Source: an uncultured Candidatus Saccharibacteria bacterium
GTDB lineage: Bacteria; Patescibacteriota; Minisyncoccia; JAHISW01; Tagabacteraceae
Assembly: GCA_964601305.1 (NCBI GenBank)
Contig: CAZRMW010000001.1
Coordinates: 34,376 to 98,375 of the forward strand
DNA length: 64,000 nt
Direction of reading: 5' to 3'
Numbering within the stretch: position 1 is the stretch's first letter; the number at the start of each line of letters is the position of its first letter. Below, piece by piece: positions 18,180 through 27,793 of this stretch. Below the pieces are notes generated by a model. It worked only from the letters and a program-made list of their open reading frames with translations, made no database searches and was not told where the DNA came from. The translations under genes were made by a program, and so were the position numbers.

Positions 18180-19199
18180 TTAATTTGTTAACTCCGGCTG
18201 ATAAAACTTATTTAATTTTGTTTTTAATTGTTTTACTGCAACTATTTCATTGTCTAACAAATACACCTTTAAAACTAATCCCCGCATAGTCTCCTCTGAA
18301 AAATTTTGATCGAAGATAAAATTACCCAAACTATACGCTATCACCCCTCCATTATAACTTTCTATTTCTTGCACAACATGCGGATGGTGCCCTACTACTA
18401 TCTTCGCCCCATTATCTATTGCTGTCCTAGCTAAATATTTTTGTCTTTCATTAGATTTGTTTTTATATTCCTCACCAAAATGAAAAGACACAACAAGAAC
18501 ATCTACACCTCTACTTGCACGCTTTATAATATCTTCAAAATTATTTTTTATAGATAAAATTCCTGAACTATCAGCACCCGCCAAAAACCAATCCGCCCCT
18601 ACATCAGAAAACCCAACAAAACCAATTTTAACTCCGTCTCTTTCTAATATTTTTACAGCACTAGCATCTTCAAAATCCATCCCTCCTCCAACAGGCAAGA
18701 TCCCTTTGTTTTTTAACCTAAAAATATTTTCCTCAAACGCTTCCTTCCCCCAATCTGCAATATGGTTATTAGCAACAGACAGCACATCGAACCCAGCTTC
18801 ATAAAGTACATTGAGCACATCCGGATTAAACTTAAAAGAATAGACACTTCCAACATCTTTACCCGCAAGAGAAATTGGTCCCTCTAGATTTCCAAAAGCA
18901 ATGTCGGCCTCTTTTAAAAAATCAACATTGTTAAAAAGAAAAGAAAAATCACCATTAAAATTTTTAGATATTGACTCTTCTACTCCCCTGCTAAGCATAA
19001 TATCACCAACAAAAACAAGTTCCACACTTTTTGTGTTTTTAAGAGTAGCGGTATTGTTTTTGTTTGAAAAATAAAAAAACGAAGACGAACCAGACACCCT
19101 ATTAAAATCACCTAAAAAATAAAAAACACTCATTGGAACAAAAAAACCCAACAACAACACAAAAGCCCCCCAAACTATTTCTTTATTTTTTATTTCCAT
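18180..19199 (-). CDS. CapA/PGA_cap family metallophosphoesterase
   Basis: VGDIML, GNLEGP, ANNH, HFGEEY, GHHPHV, YSLGNF. Confidence 0.9.
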   Translation of the reverse strand: MEIKNKEIVWGAFVLLLGFFVPMSVFYFLGDFNRVSGSSSFFYFSNKNNTATLKNTKSVELVFVGDIMLSRGVEESISKNFNGDFSFLFNNVDFLKEADIAFGNLEGPISLAGKDVGSVYSFKFNPDVLNVLYEAGFDVLSVANNHIADWGKEAFEENIFRLKNKGILPVGGGMDFEDASAVKILERDGVKIGFVGFSDVGADWFLAGADSSGILSIKNNFEDIIKRASRGVDVLVVSFHFGEEYKNKSNERQKYLARTAIDNGAKIVVGHHPHVVQEIESYNGGVIAYSLGNFIFDQNFSEETMRGLVLKVYLLDNEIVAVKQLKTKLNKFYQPELTN

Positions 19200-19975
19200 T
19201 TAAAAAATACTTTTTTACCGAACCTTAAATCTATGTACTCAAAATCTTTAGAGTTTTTTTCAGACAACTCTTCCCAAAACAAACTAAAATTATTAAACAA
19301 ATAATCCACGTCGTCTTTTATATTTATGGTGATATACCATCCTTCCTCTAAATAAAACTTGCAAACATTATTGTCTTCTAAATAAATTTCTTTTATAGAA
19401 AAACTATCTTCTAGCTTATTTTTAAATTCTAAAATTTTATTAAAATCTTCTTCATTCATTATAAATTTTCCCTTGCTTATTTCACTGCTTCTTTTATCCA
19501 TAAATTTTATTAAAACACCAGAAGAAAAAATAGGAGCTCTTTCATAAGCAAGCCCGCTTTTGTCCACAAAAAAACAATCCTCATCACAAAAAACTGCCAC
19601 AGGCTCTCTTTCTTTTGCAAAAATTAAAATACTAGACAACGAGGTTCTTTCTATTTCTAGTGTTTCAATGTTCGTAAATTTTGAAAGCAAACCATCTTTT
19701 ACTTCCTCCACTTGAAAAGAAAAGATTCTATTTTTAGGCACTACACCAAAAAATTTGCTAGATAAAATTCTATCTATTTCATACCCCAAAATCTCTTTTT
19801 GTTTTGAAGAGGAAGTTTCTATGGCAACATCTTTGATCTTCAAATCTTCTATAAAAAAGAGTGACCAGAAGATACCAACAGCAACAAAAATCAAAACAAC
19901 AAAAAAAAGAATCCAGCGCAAAAAAGCCCTTTTTCTTTTTTTATGCCTTACAGACGAAAGAATGTTTTTAGGCAT
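19190..19975 (-). CDS. FtsQ/DivIB-like cell division protein
   Basis: Basic N-terminus, TM, POTRA-like region, C-terminal YIDLRFGKKVFFK. Confidence 0.75.
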   Translation of the reverse strand: MPKNILSSVRHKKRKRAFLRWILFFVVLIFVAVGIFWSLFFIEDLKIKDVAIETSSSKQKEILGYEIDRILSSKFFGVVPKNRIFSFQVEEVKDGLLSKFTNIETLEIERTSLSSILIFAKEREPVAVFCDEDCFFVDKSGLAYERAPIFSSGVLIKFMDKRSSEISKGKFIMNEEDFNKILEFKNKLEDSFSIKEIYLEDNNVCKFYLEEGWYITINIKDDVDYLFNNFSLFWEELSEKNSKDFEYIDLRFGKKVFFKWK

Positions 19976-21236
19976 TTGAAATTGTTTCTTTTCCTAAATA
20001 TTTTTGCAAAGCTTCGGGTATTTTTATAGAGCCGTCTTGCTGTTGATTGTTTTCTAATAACGAAATCAAAATTCTCGGAGTTGCTATTACCGTATTATTT
20101 AAAGAGTGAGCAAAAAAAATCTTTCCATCTTTTGTTTTGTATCTTGTGTTTAGTCGTCTTGTTTGAAAATCATGAAAATAAGAAGAAGAGTGAGTTTCGC
20201 CATATGCTTTTTTGCTGGGTATCCAACCTTCTATATCGTATTTTTTTACCTGGCCTTGCCCTAAGTCTCCACCACAATTTACAACAACCCTAAAAGGTAT
20301 GCCGAGTTTTCTCATAAATTTTTCTGAATTGTTAGTAATTTCTTCATGCCATTTTACAGACTCTTGGTGATCGGCTTTGCACAAAATTACTTGCTCTACT
20401 TTCATAAACTCGTGAAGTCTATATAGTCCCTTTGTGTCTTTTCCGTGGCTTCCTGCTTCTCTTCTAAAACACGGTGAAAATGCTACGTATTTTTTTGGCA
20501 ACTCTTCTTCCTTCAAAATTTCATCAGCATGATACCCCATCATTGGCACTTCTGCTGTGCCAGCCAAAAACAATTCGTCCTGAGTTTGGTAAATTTCGTC
20601 TTTGCCGTGCGGTAGCCAGCCTGTTCCCTTAAAACTATCTTCACGCGTCATAGATGGTGCTAAAAACGGCACAAATCCTTCTTCAACCATATGCTCAAAA
20701 GCCAGTTGCCAAACAGCAAGCGCCAAAAGCGCCCCTTCGTTTTTTAAAAAATAACCGCGAAATCCAGACACCTTTGTTCCTCTTTCAAAATCCACTAAAT
20801 CCAAATCTTTCATAAGTTCCATATGATCTTTTGGTTCAAAATTGAAAACTGGAAGCTCTCCCCATTTTCTTATTTCTTTATTATCTGCGTCTGTTTCCCC
20901 TTCTGGCACAGATGGATCCGGAATGTTTGGCACATTTAGCATCATAGCTTTCCACTTTTCCATAACATCTTTCAATTCTTTTTCTATTTGAGCAAGCCTG
21001 TCTTTTAAAACTTTCATCTCGTTTATAAGTCTTTGCCTTTCGTCTTCGTCTTTTGTTTTAGAAATTTTGTCTGTAGATTCGTTTTGCTCAGCCCTAAGCT
21101 TTTCAGTATCTTGAATAAGCCTTCGGCGAATATCGTCTAGTTCTAAGAGTTTATTTACATCAAAATCGATGTGCTTTTTTATAGCAGCATCTTTAATTAA
21201 GGTCTTGTGTTCTCTAATAAATTTAATATCTAACAT
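19968..21236 (-). CDS. serS: Serine--tRNA ligase
   Basis: MLDIKFIRE, GTAEVP, FRREAG, HEFMKVEQ; start trimmed to 21236. Confidence 0.97.
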   Translation of the reverse strand: MLDIKFIREHKTLIKDAAIKKHIDFDVNKLLELDDIRRRLIQDTEKLRAEQNESTDKISKTKDEDERQRLINEMKVLKDRLAQIEKELKDVMEKWKAMMLNVPNIPDPSVPEGETDADNKEIRKWGELPVFNFEPKDHMELMKDLDLVDFERGTKVSGFRGYFLKNEGALLALAVWQLAFEHMVEEGFVPFLAPSMTREDSFKGTGWLPHGKDEIYQTQDELFLAGTAEVPMMGYHADEILKEEELPKKYVAFSPCFRREAGSHGKDTKGLYRLHEFMKVEQVILCKADHQESVKWHEEITNNSEKFMRKLGIPFRVVVNCGGDLGQGQVKKYDIEGWIPSKKAYGETHSSSYFHDFQTRRLNTRYKTKDGKIFFAHSLNNTVIATPRILISLLENNQQQDGSIKIPEALQKYLGKETISNA

Positions 21237-21262
21237 TAGCTTTATATTACCAAAACCCCCAC

Positions 21263-21301
21263 TTTTTGCAAAATAAAAAGCCACCCTGTCGCTAGAGCGG
21301 C
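21263..21301 (-). terminator. Terminator-like direct repeat copy 1 (includes serS -35)
   Basis: 37/39 identical to 22342-22380. Confidence 0.75.
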
Positions 21302-21336
21302 TTTTTAAATACTAAGTACGCAGAAAGTATGATTGT

Positions 21337-22002
21337 CTACTTTAAATTTAAGTATTTTTTATATACGCCAGCAAGATGGTCCTCTCCGCTCCAACCTACT
21401 TTGTTTTTCCATTCTTCTGTCCACCCAGAATCGTACACCCCATGTACTACATTTTCAAAATATTCTTTGAATGCATAAAGATTTAAAGCACAACCAAAAA
21501 CATCACCCAAAGGATATCCAAGAAATATACCCATAGCTAAGTGGAATTCTTCACCACTTCTTGCACCTTTAGCTATCTTAAAAAATTCTTCCAAAATTTT
21601 CTGAGAGAAACCAATTGCTAAAGAAACCAAACCGTCCATTGTTCTTTTTTCTTTTGTCTTAATGCTCATTTTTCTCAGAAATTCTCTCTGGTAAAGAGTA
21701 GAACTAGAAGAAGAAAAATACGTAATTGGTTTACAATAAGCCACGGCAAGTGCAGATTGATAAGGCAAAATTGTTTTTTCCCATTCCAAATCTACACTAT
21801 CACTTATTATTTCTTTGTCTTTTTTACCAATCTGTCTTGTGTTAGGACAATTTTTGTTAACATAATCAAATAAACCATCAATACTTTCCCAGCTCAAATA
21901 ATCTAGAGTAATTAAGTTTTTTTGTTTTTGCGATAGTTGTTCAAAATATTCCGTGGGTTTTATGCCAAAGTTCCATGGCTGATTTTCAGAAAATCTTATC
22001 AT
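21337..22002 (-). CDS. Hypothetical protein
   Basis: 221-aa ORF, contains MGIFLGYP; own TTGACA promoter. Confidence 0.65.
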   Translation of the reverse strand: MIRFSENQPWNFGIKPTEYFEQLSQKQKNLITLDYLSWESIDGLFDYVNKNCPNTRQIGKKDKEIISDSVDLEWEKTILPYQSALAVAYCKPITYFSSSSSTLYQREFLRKMSIKTKEKRTMDGLVSLAIGFSQKILEEFFKIAKGARSGEEFHLAMGIFLGYPLGDVFGCALNLYAFKEYFENVVHGVYDSGWTEEWKNKVGWSGEDHLAGVYKKYLNLK

Positions 22003-22125
22003 TTTTCATTCCTTTTTGTGTTGTTATGTTGTGAAAGTCCGAATAGCTTCCATAAAAAAACTACCATTAAAATATATATTTTGTCAAATTACTGTACTAG
22101 AAGGGTACATAAATAACACTTATCG

Positions 22126-22338
22126 CTACACCGAAGACCGTCTTCGATGTAAATTACATAGACACCATTTCTTTTATTTTCATCAAATCAGCCACAGACC
22201 AACTTTTTAAAAATTTTTCATACTCTCTTTTGCTTTTAAATTGATCTAAAATAATATCTGTTCCAGAAAGTATCCAATCTTCATAATCTTTGTATAGAAA
22301 ATGTTTGATTCTACATCGACATCGGGTGTCGACGCAAG
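22126..22338 (-). pseudogene. Possible C-terminal remnant of a Y1/RAYT-like transposase between two palindromes
   Basis: DIILDQFKSKREYEKFL resembles CPR Y1 transposase tails (recalled, not searched); palindromes at 22127-22151 and 22311-22338. Confidence 0.4.
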
Positions 22339-22341
22339 TGG

Positions 22342-22380
22342 TTTTTGCAAAATAAAAAGCCACCCTGTCGCCAGAGTGGC
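22342..22380 (-). terminator. Terminator-like direct repeat copy 2
   Basis: 37/39 identical to 21263-21301. Confidence 0.75.
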
Positions 22381-22399
22381 CATATAAACCAAAAACTTA

Positions 22400-23110
22400 C
22401 TATATACACATTCCTGCAAATCTTATGGATATATAGTTTGCGGTTTCGGCTAAAAGCATCGTTAGATATCTTTGAACAAAAACGGCATTCATCTCGAAAA
22501 AAACTTTTTTAGGATTTAAATCAAGACAATAAAAATACAAACAATATCTATCGCCTTCTTTTCTCACCAAACAATAAAGCATTGGGACAGAATTTTCTTC
22601 AAAAATGTTTTCCCCTATTCCCATACTTTTTAAATTCATACAAAACAAAGCCTCTTCTTCCCCAAAAAGAATTGGTTTAAAACCGAGTTTATAAAAAAAA
22701 TCCCCTGTTTTCAAAATAGATTCTTCAAAAATCTGACCGAAAAAATGATAAGCGAGACGCACATTGCCATCCAAAAGAATTTGAAGTTTTTTAGAATAAA
22801 TCAAGTTTAAATCATCTGTTACTGTTCGAAGAATGTTTGGAGATTCTTCCATACTTCTTCCAAGCAAAAATAATGCAATTTCTGTACCTGTGTTAGCAAG
22901 GTTTCTCTTGATTCTTGCTGTCATCCAAAAACCTTCTTCAGGCAACAAAAATATGTGTCCGGTTCTAATTTTAAAAATTTCTTCCATCCGCTCACCCACA
23001 TATCCTTTTGAGGAACCTGCAGTACCAGCTATCACAGACATCGGCATCCTATATACAAAACCTTCTTCTACCTCTTCTGCTCCCTTCAAATTAATCGGCT
23101 CCAACATCAT
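22400..23110 (-). CDS. Hypothetical protein
   Basis: 236-aa ORF with AAGGAG SD. Confidence 0.65.
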   Translation of the reverse strand: MMLEPINLKGAEEVEEGFVYRMPMSVIAGTAGSSKGYVGERMEEIFKIRTGHIFLLPEEGFWMTARIKRNLANTGTEIALFLLGRSMEESPNILRTVTDDLNLIYSKKLQILLDGNVRLAYHFFGQIFEESILKTGDFFYKLGFKPILFGEEEALFCMNLKSMGIGENIFEENSVPMLYCLVRKEGDRYCLYFYCLDLNPKKVFFEMNAVFVQRYLTMLLAETANYISIRFAGMCI

Positions 23111-23211
23111 TTCAACTCCTTTTTGCCCCGCTCAGCAGGTGTGTTTCGGGTTTATTTCAATGTTCTTAACTTTACATTTTTTAACACATAAAACAAATTA
23201 AGGCAAGGGCT

Positions 23212-23239
23212 TTGACAAAAGTTTTTAGTTGCATACAAT
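23212..23239 (+). promoter_or_regulatory. Sigma70 promoter, probably leaderless dprA transcript
   Basis: TTGACA-16-TACAAT, ATG 8 nt downstream. Confidence 0.65.
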
Positions 23240-23247
23240 ATAATGCA

Positions 23248-24324
23248 ATGTCTACTGAACATATTTTTGCAAATGCACTAAACCAATCTCTTCAAATTGG
23301 CCCTGCCAGCCTTAATAAAATAAAAAAATATTTTGGAAGTTTTGAAAATGGCTGGAAAGCTCCAATAAGTACACTACTAAAAATTACAGAACTAAAAAAA
23401 CTAGACGAATTTAGAGGAGAAATAGACCCAGAGAAAGAAATGGAAATTTTAGAAAAAGAGGGAGTGCAAGTTTTATTAAAAGAAGATTTACCAAAAAATC
23501 TGCAAGAAATTTTTACCCCTCCAGAAGTGCTATATATAAAAGGTAGCTTGCCTGCTTCGCCGGCAGGCGGGCCAAAAGAAACACTCCCCCACCTAGCTGT
23601 GGTTGGTCCTAGAAAATTTTCTTCTTATGGTAAAGAGGCTTGCGAAAAAATAGTTAGTGAGCTAAAAGACTATAGCGCAGTAATAGTAAGTGGGCTCGCG
23701 CTGGGTATAGATACTATTGCACACAAAACAGCCTTAGAAAACAACATGCAAACCATTGCAGTTTTGGGTAGCGGCTTTAATGATAATGTTTTATTCCCAC
23801 AACAAAACAAAAAACTAGCAAACAAAATTATAGAAAACGGAGGTTGTCTAATTTCAGAGTATCCTCTAGATATGAGGGCTGCGCCCTACACATTTCCGCA
23901 AAGAAATAGAATAGCCGCAGGGCTTTGTGAGGGCACACTTGTTGTAGAAGCACCACAAAAAAGTGGGGCTCTTATTACCGCAAATTTGGCACTAGAAAAC
24001 AACCGAGAAGTTTTTGCTATCCCAGGAGGAATTTTTCAAGCAAACTCTAAGGGCACAAATAATTTAATAAAACAAGGCGCCACGCCTATTACAAATGCAG
24101 AAGATATATTAAATTCTCTGGGGGTTGAATTAAAAATAAAAAGTGATAGTATCGATTTATCTCAAGAGGAAAAAGAAATTATTTCTTTAATTTATGAACC
24201 GCTTGCTCGAGATGAACTTATAAGAAACTCCAAAATGCCACCTCAGGAAATTAATCCACTCTTAATTCAAATGGAAATAAAAGGTATTATAAAAGAGATT
24301 GATGGCAAAATTTACCCCGCCTAA
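23248..24324 (+). CDS. dprA: DNA-processing protein DprA
   Basis: LAVVGPR, VSGLALGID, FPQRNRI, VVEAPQKSGALITA. Confidence 0.95.
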   Translation: MSTEHIFANALNQSLQIGPASLNKIKKYFGSFENGWKAPISTLLKITELKKLDEFRGEIDPEKEMEILEKEGVQVLLKEDLPKNLQEIFTPPEVLYIKGSLPASPAGGPKETLPHLAVVGPRKFSSYGKEACEKIVSELKDYSAVIVSGLALGIDTIAHKTALENNMQTIAVLGSGFNDNVLFPQQNKKLANKIIENGGCLISEYPLDMRAAPYTFPQRNRIAAGLCEGTLVVEAPQKSGALITANLALENNREVFAIPGGIFQANSKGTNNLIKQGATPITNAEDILNSLGVELKIKSDSIDLSQEEKEIISLIYEPLARDELIRNSKMPPQEINPLLIQMEIKGIIKEIDGKIYPA

Positions 24325-24330
24325 AAATTT

Positions 24331-26391
24331 ATGACAAAATTAGTTATCGTAGAGTCTCCCACCAAAGCAAAAACTATTACTCGCTTTTTAGGGAAAGAAT
24401 ACAAAATAGAATCAAGCTACGGACATATGAGGGATCTTCCAAAAGGAGATCTGGGTGTTGATGTAGAAAAAAATTTCAAACCAAGATATGTAATCCCAAA
24501 AAAAGCACAGAAAAATGTAAACGCATTAAAAAAGATAGCCGGCAAGGCAGATTCAATTATACTTGCCACCGATGAAGACCGCGAAGGAGAAGCTATTGCC
24601 TGGCACCTAATGCACGCCTTAGATATTAAAAAAAACAAAATTCCTACAGAAAGAATTGCTTTTCATGAAATTACTAAAACAGCTATAGACGAGGCTCTCA
24701 AAAATCCTCGAGAAATAGATTTAGATCTTGTAGATGCACAGCAAGCTCGAAGAATTTTAGACAGGCTTGTGGGCTACAAACTCTCCCCTTTCCTTTGGAA
24801 AAAACTTATGCGAGGTCTTTCTGCTGGACGTGTTCAGTCTGTGGCGCTCAGGCTCATAATAGATCGCGAGGAAGAAATAAGAAAATTCATCCCCCAAGAC
24901 TATTGGTCTATACATTCTATTATAGATTCTTCAAAAGGAAGTTTCTCTGCAGATCTTTTTAAAATAAAAGGTAAATCTATACCAAAGCCAGGAATAACAG
25001 AAAAAAGTGAAGTTGAAAAAATAATAAAAGAAGCTAAGGAAAACGATTGGAAAATAGAGAGTATAGAAAAAAAAGAAAGAGAGCAACAACCCAAGCCACC
25101 ATTTAAAACAAGTACCCTACAGCAAGACGCTTGGCAAAAACTACACTTTTCGGCCAAAAAAACTATGGTTGTAGCCCAACAACTCTATGAAGGAATAAAG
25201 CTAGAAAAAGGAAGAACTGGACTTATAACATATATGAGAACAGACTCTTTTAACATATCTCCTATTGCTCTTTCTTCGGCAAAAGATTATTTAAAAAATA
25301 ATTTAGGAGACAAATACACACTAAAAACTCCGAGGGTCTTTAAAACAAAAAAGAAAGGGGCTCAAGAAGCACACGAAGCAATTCGTCCTGCGGACCCCAA
25401 AATAGAGCCAAATACGATAAAAAACAACCTTACAAACGATCAATACAAGCTATACAACTTAATTTGGTCTAGGTTTATGGCAACACAAATGCCAAATGCA
25501 ATTTTTGATAAAACAACTATTGATATAAAAACCGGGGATTATTTATTTAGAGCAAAAGGGTCTACGCTAAAGTTTGATGGTTTTTTAAAGATATACCAAT
25601 TAAATATCGAGGAAAAAATACTCCCCTCTCTTTCGGAAAGCGATGATATTACTTTAAAAGAAATAAAGTTCGAAGCACATCAAACTCAGCCACCCCCTAG
25701 ATATGGAGATGCATCTTTGGTGAAAGCTTTGGAACAATACGAAATCGGTCGCCCTTCTACTTACGCTCAAATAATCTCTACAATAGAAGCTAGAAACTAT
25801 GTTGAAAAAAATGAAGCCAAAAAATTTGTCCCTACTGAAATAGGAGAAAAAGTAAACAAACTTTTAGTTGAACATTTTCCAAACATAGTTGACACTAATT
25901 TTACAGCCAAACTTGAAGAAGAACTGGACGAAATTGCAGAAGGAAAAACAAAATACATTCCTGTTGTAAAAAACTTCTACGAACCCTTCGCAAAAAACTT
26001 AGAAGAAAAATACGAAACAGTTGAAAAAGAAGATCTTACAGAAGAAACGGACGAAGTTTGTGAAAAATGTGGCAAACAAATGCTCATTAAACACGGAAGG
26101 TTTGGTAAATTTATGGCTTGCTCTGGATTTCCAGATTGTAAAACTACGAAGTCTCTTTCTGCAAAAGAACTAAATATTAAATGCCCTTTATGTTCAAAGG
26201 GAGATGTTATTGAAAGAAGAACAAAACGTAAACGACTATTTTATGGTTGTTCCGGCTGGCCAACTTGTGATTTTGCTACTTGGCAATTGCCAACCGGCAA
26301 GCTGTGCCCAGAATGCAAAAAACCACTCGTGAAGCTCAAGAGTGGCATTAAATGCTCAAACAAAGAGTGTGATTATAAAGAAGAGAAATAA
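24331..26391 (+). CDS. topA: DNA topoisomerase I
   Basis: LVIVESPTKA, ATDEDREGE, SAGRVQS, ITYMRTD, C-terminal Zn ribbons. Confidence 0.98.
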   Translation: MTKLVIVESPTKAKTITRFLGKEYKIESSYGHMRDLPKGDLGVDVEKNFKPRYVIPKKAQKNVNALKKIAGKADSIILATDEDREGEAIAWHLMHALDIKKNKIPTERIAFHEITKTAIDEALKNPREIDLDLVDAQQARRILDRLVGYKLSPFLWKKLMRGLSAGRVQSVALRLIIDREEEIRKFIPQDYWSIHSIIDSSKGSFSADLFKIKGKSIPKPGITEKSEVEKIIKEAKENDWKIESIEKKEREQQPKPPFKTSTLQQDAWQKLHFSAKKTMVVAQQLYEGIKLEKGRTGLITYMRTDSFNISPIALSSAKDYLKNNLGDKYTLKTPRVFKTKKKGAQEAHEAIRPADPKIEPNTIKNNLTNDQYKLYNLIWSRFMATQMPNAIFDKTTIDIKTGDYLFRAKGSTLKFDGFLKIYQLNIEEKILPSLSESDDITLKEIKFEAHQTQPPPRYGDASLVKALEQYEIGRPSTYAQIISTIEARNYVEKNEAKKFVPTEIGEKVNKLLVEHFPNIVDTNFTAKLEEELDEIAEGKTKYIPVVKNFYEPFAKNLEEKYETVEKEDLTEETDEVCEKCGKQMLIKHGRFGKFMACSGFPDCKTTKSLSAKELNIKCPLCSKGDVIERRTKRKRLFYGCSGWPTCDFATWQLPTGKLCPECKKPLVKLKSGIKCSNKECDYKEEK

Positions 26392-26428
26392 AATTCTAAT
26401 AATAAAATATCTAAAAATTTTTGTCGTC

Positions 26429-26470
26429 AACGTTTACATATTCCCGCGATAGCGGATATACGTTAACGTT
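26429..26470. repeat. 42-bp GC-GATA-GC hairpin element
   Basis: AACGTTTACATATTCCCGCGATAGCGGATATACGTTAACGTT. Confidence 0.6.
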
Positions 26471-26501
26471 AATATAAACTTTGTAAATATAACTAGGCAA
26501 A

Positions 26502-27611
26502 TTAAAGAGTAAATTTATCTAACCAGCTTTTCATACTAGATTCTTCTGTTCTAACAATTGTAGGAATATCATCTACTTTTTCTTCATTCTCTTTTATCTC
26601 GTCTCCCACCTTTTCCTTTTCTTGCTCTGGTTCTTGCTCGGAACTTAGACTGTCTTTTTCTTGAGGTTGAACCTCCTTTGGCGGTTCAACCTCGCTAATT
26701 GAATCCGTCGTCGTTAGAATCTCTTCAATCTCCCCTGTTTCTTGAGGCACAGTACCTTCAGCAACAACAGCAGCACCTACTTTCATTAAAAAGTTTTTTA
26801 GATCATCCTCAGAGAAAAACTCCATAGAAATTTTTTTAACAGGTCCCTTTTTCTCAACAGAAACTCTTGTTCCCAGAGCATCTGAAAGTTTTCTTTCCAA
26901 ATTGCCTGCTTCTGGATCTTCTCTTCTCTCCAACTTTATTTTAGCCTTAGTTTTATTTTTAAGAATTTCACGCGCGAGATGCTCTGTAGCCCTCACATTC
27001 ATTTTTCTAAAAATAATTTCTTTGTATAATTCTTTCTGATCATCTTCGTGCTTTATTAAACTTAAAAGTGGCCTCGTGTGCCCTTCTCTAATAAGCCCTG
27101 CTTTTAGCCCTTCTTGCATATCTTCCGGCAAGCTCAAAAGTCGAATAGTGTTTGAAACAAATTCTCTACTCTTACCTACTTTTAGGCCAACTTCATGATG
27201 GCGCATTTTAAAATTGTCCACCAATTGCTTAAAAGCTACAGCTCTTTCTATTGGACTTAAGTCTTCTCTTTGTATATTTTCTATTAAAGCAAGTTCTAAT
27301 TTTACTTGATCTGAAGGTTCTTCTCTAATAATTACTGGCACTTGAGTAAGCCCCGCAATTTGAGACGCACGCCACCTTCTTTCTCCTGCAATAATTTCAT
27401 ATTCTATTATAGTGCCTGTTGGCACTTCTTTTTCTCGACGGATAACTACAAGTGGCTGCAAAACGCCGTATTGCCGAATAGATTCTGAAAGCTCGTTTAG
27501 CTTGTCTTCATTAAAAATACTACGAGGCTGAAAAGTATTTGGCTTTATTTTGTCTACTTCAACAAAAAAAACCCCGCTTTCTTTTCTTATTCTTGGAAGT
27601 TCGTTGTTCAT
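26502..27611 (-). CDS. parB: ParB/Spo0J partition protein with acidic C-terminal extension
   Basis: QPR, GVLQP, IIAGERRWRAS, ENIQREDL. Confidence 0.95.
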   Translation of the reverse strand: MNNELPRIRKESGVFFVEVDKIKPNTFQPRSIFNEDKLNELSESIRQYGVLQPLVVIRREKEVPTGTIIEYEIIAGERRWRASQIAGLTQVPVIIREEPSDQVKLELALIENIQREDLSPIERAVAFKQLVDNFKMRHHEVGLKVGKSREFVSNTIRLLSLPEDMQEGLKAGLIREGHTRPLLSLIKHEDDQKELYKEIIFRKMNVRATEHLAREILKNKTKAKIKLERREDPEAGNLERKLSDALGTRVSVEKKGPVKKISMEFFSEDDLKNFLMKVGAAVVAEGTVPQETGEIEEILTTTDSISEVEPPKEVQPQEKDSLSSEQEPEQEKEKVGDEIKENEEKVDDIPTIVRTEESSMKSWLDKFTL

Positions 27612-27667
27612 TGATTTTATTATACAAAAATTGACCAAACGAGGCAAATTTTATATTATAAATTTAG

Positions 27668-27749
27668 GCCGTCGTGGCGGAACTGGCATACGCGCACGAC
27701 TCAAAATCGTGTGAGGCAACTCATGTGGGTTCGACTCCCACCGACGGCA
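27668..27749 (+). tRNA. tRNA-Leu(CAA)
   Basis: GCCGTCG acceptor stem, loop CTCAAAA, long variable arm, GGTTCGACTCC; CCA not encoded. Confidence 0.95.
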
Positions 27750-27756
27750 CAAAACT

Positions 27757-27782
27757 AAACGCCTCAGTGTACTGAGGCGTTT
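27757..27782. terminator. Bidirectional terminator
   Basis: aaacgcctcagtgtactgaggcgttt. Confidence 0.75.
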
Positions 27783-27793
27783 GATTTTTATCT

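Noticed and set aside
21237-21284. N-terminal extensions in the ORF track (serS here; also iscS, parB, dprA, miaB, GT-C)
   Set aside because: Extensions run through promoter or terminator DNA; family-typical N-termini start at later ATGs right after -10 boxes
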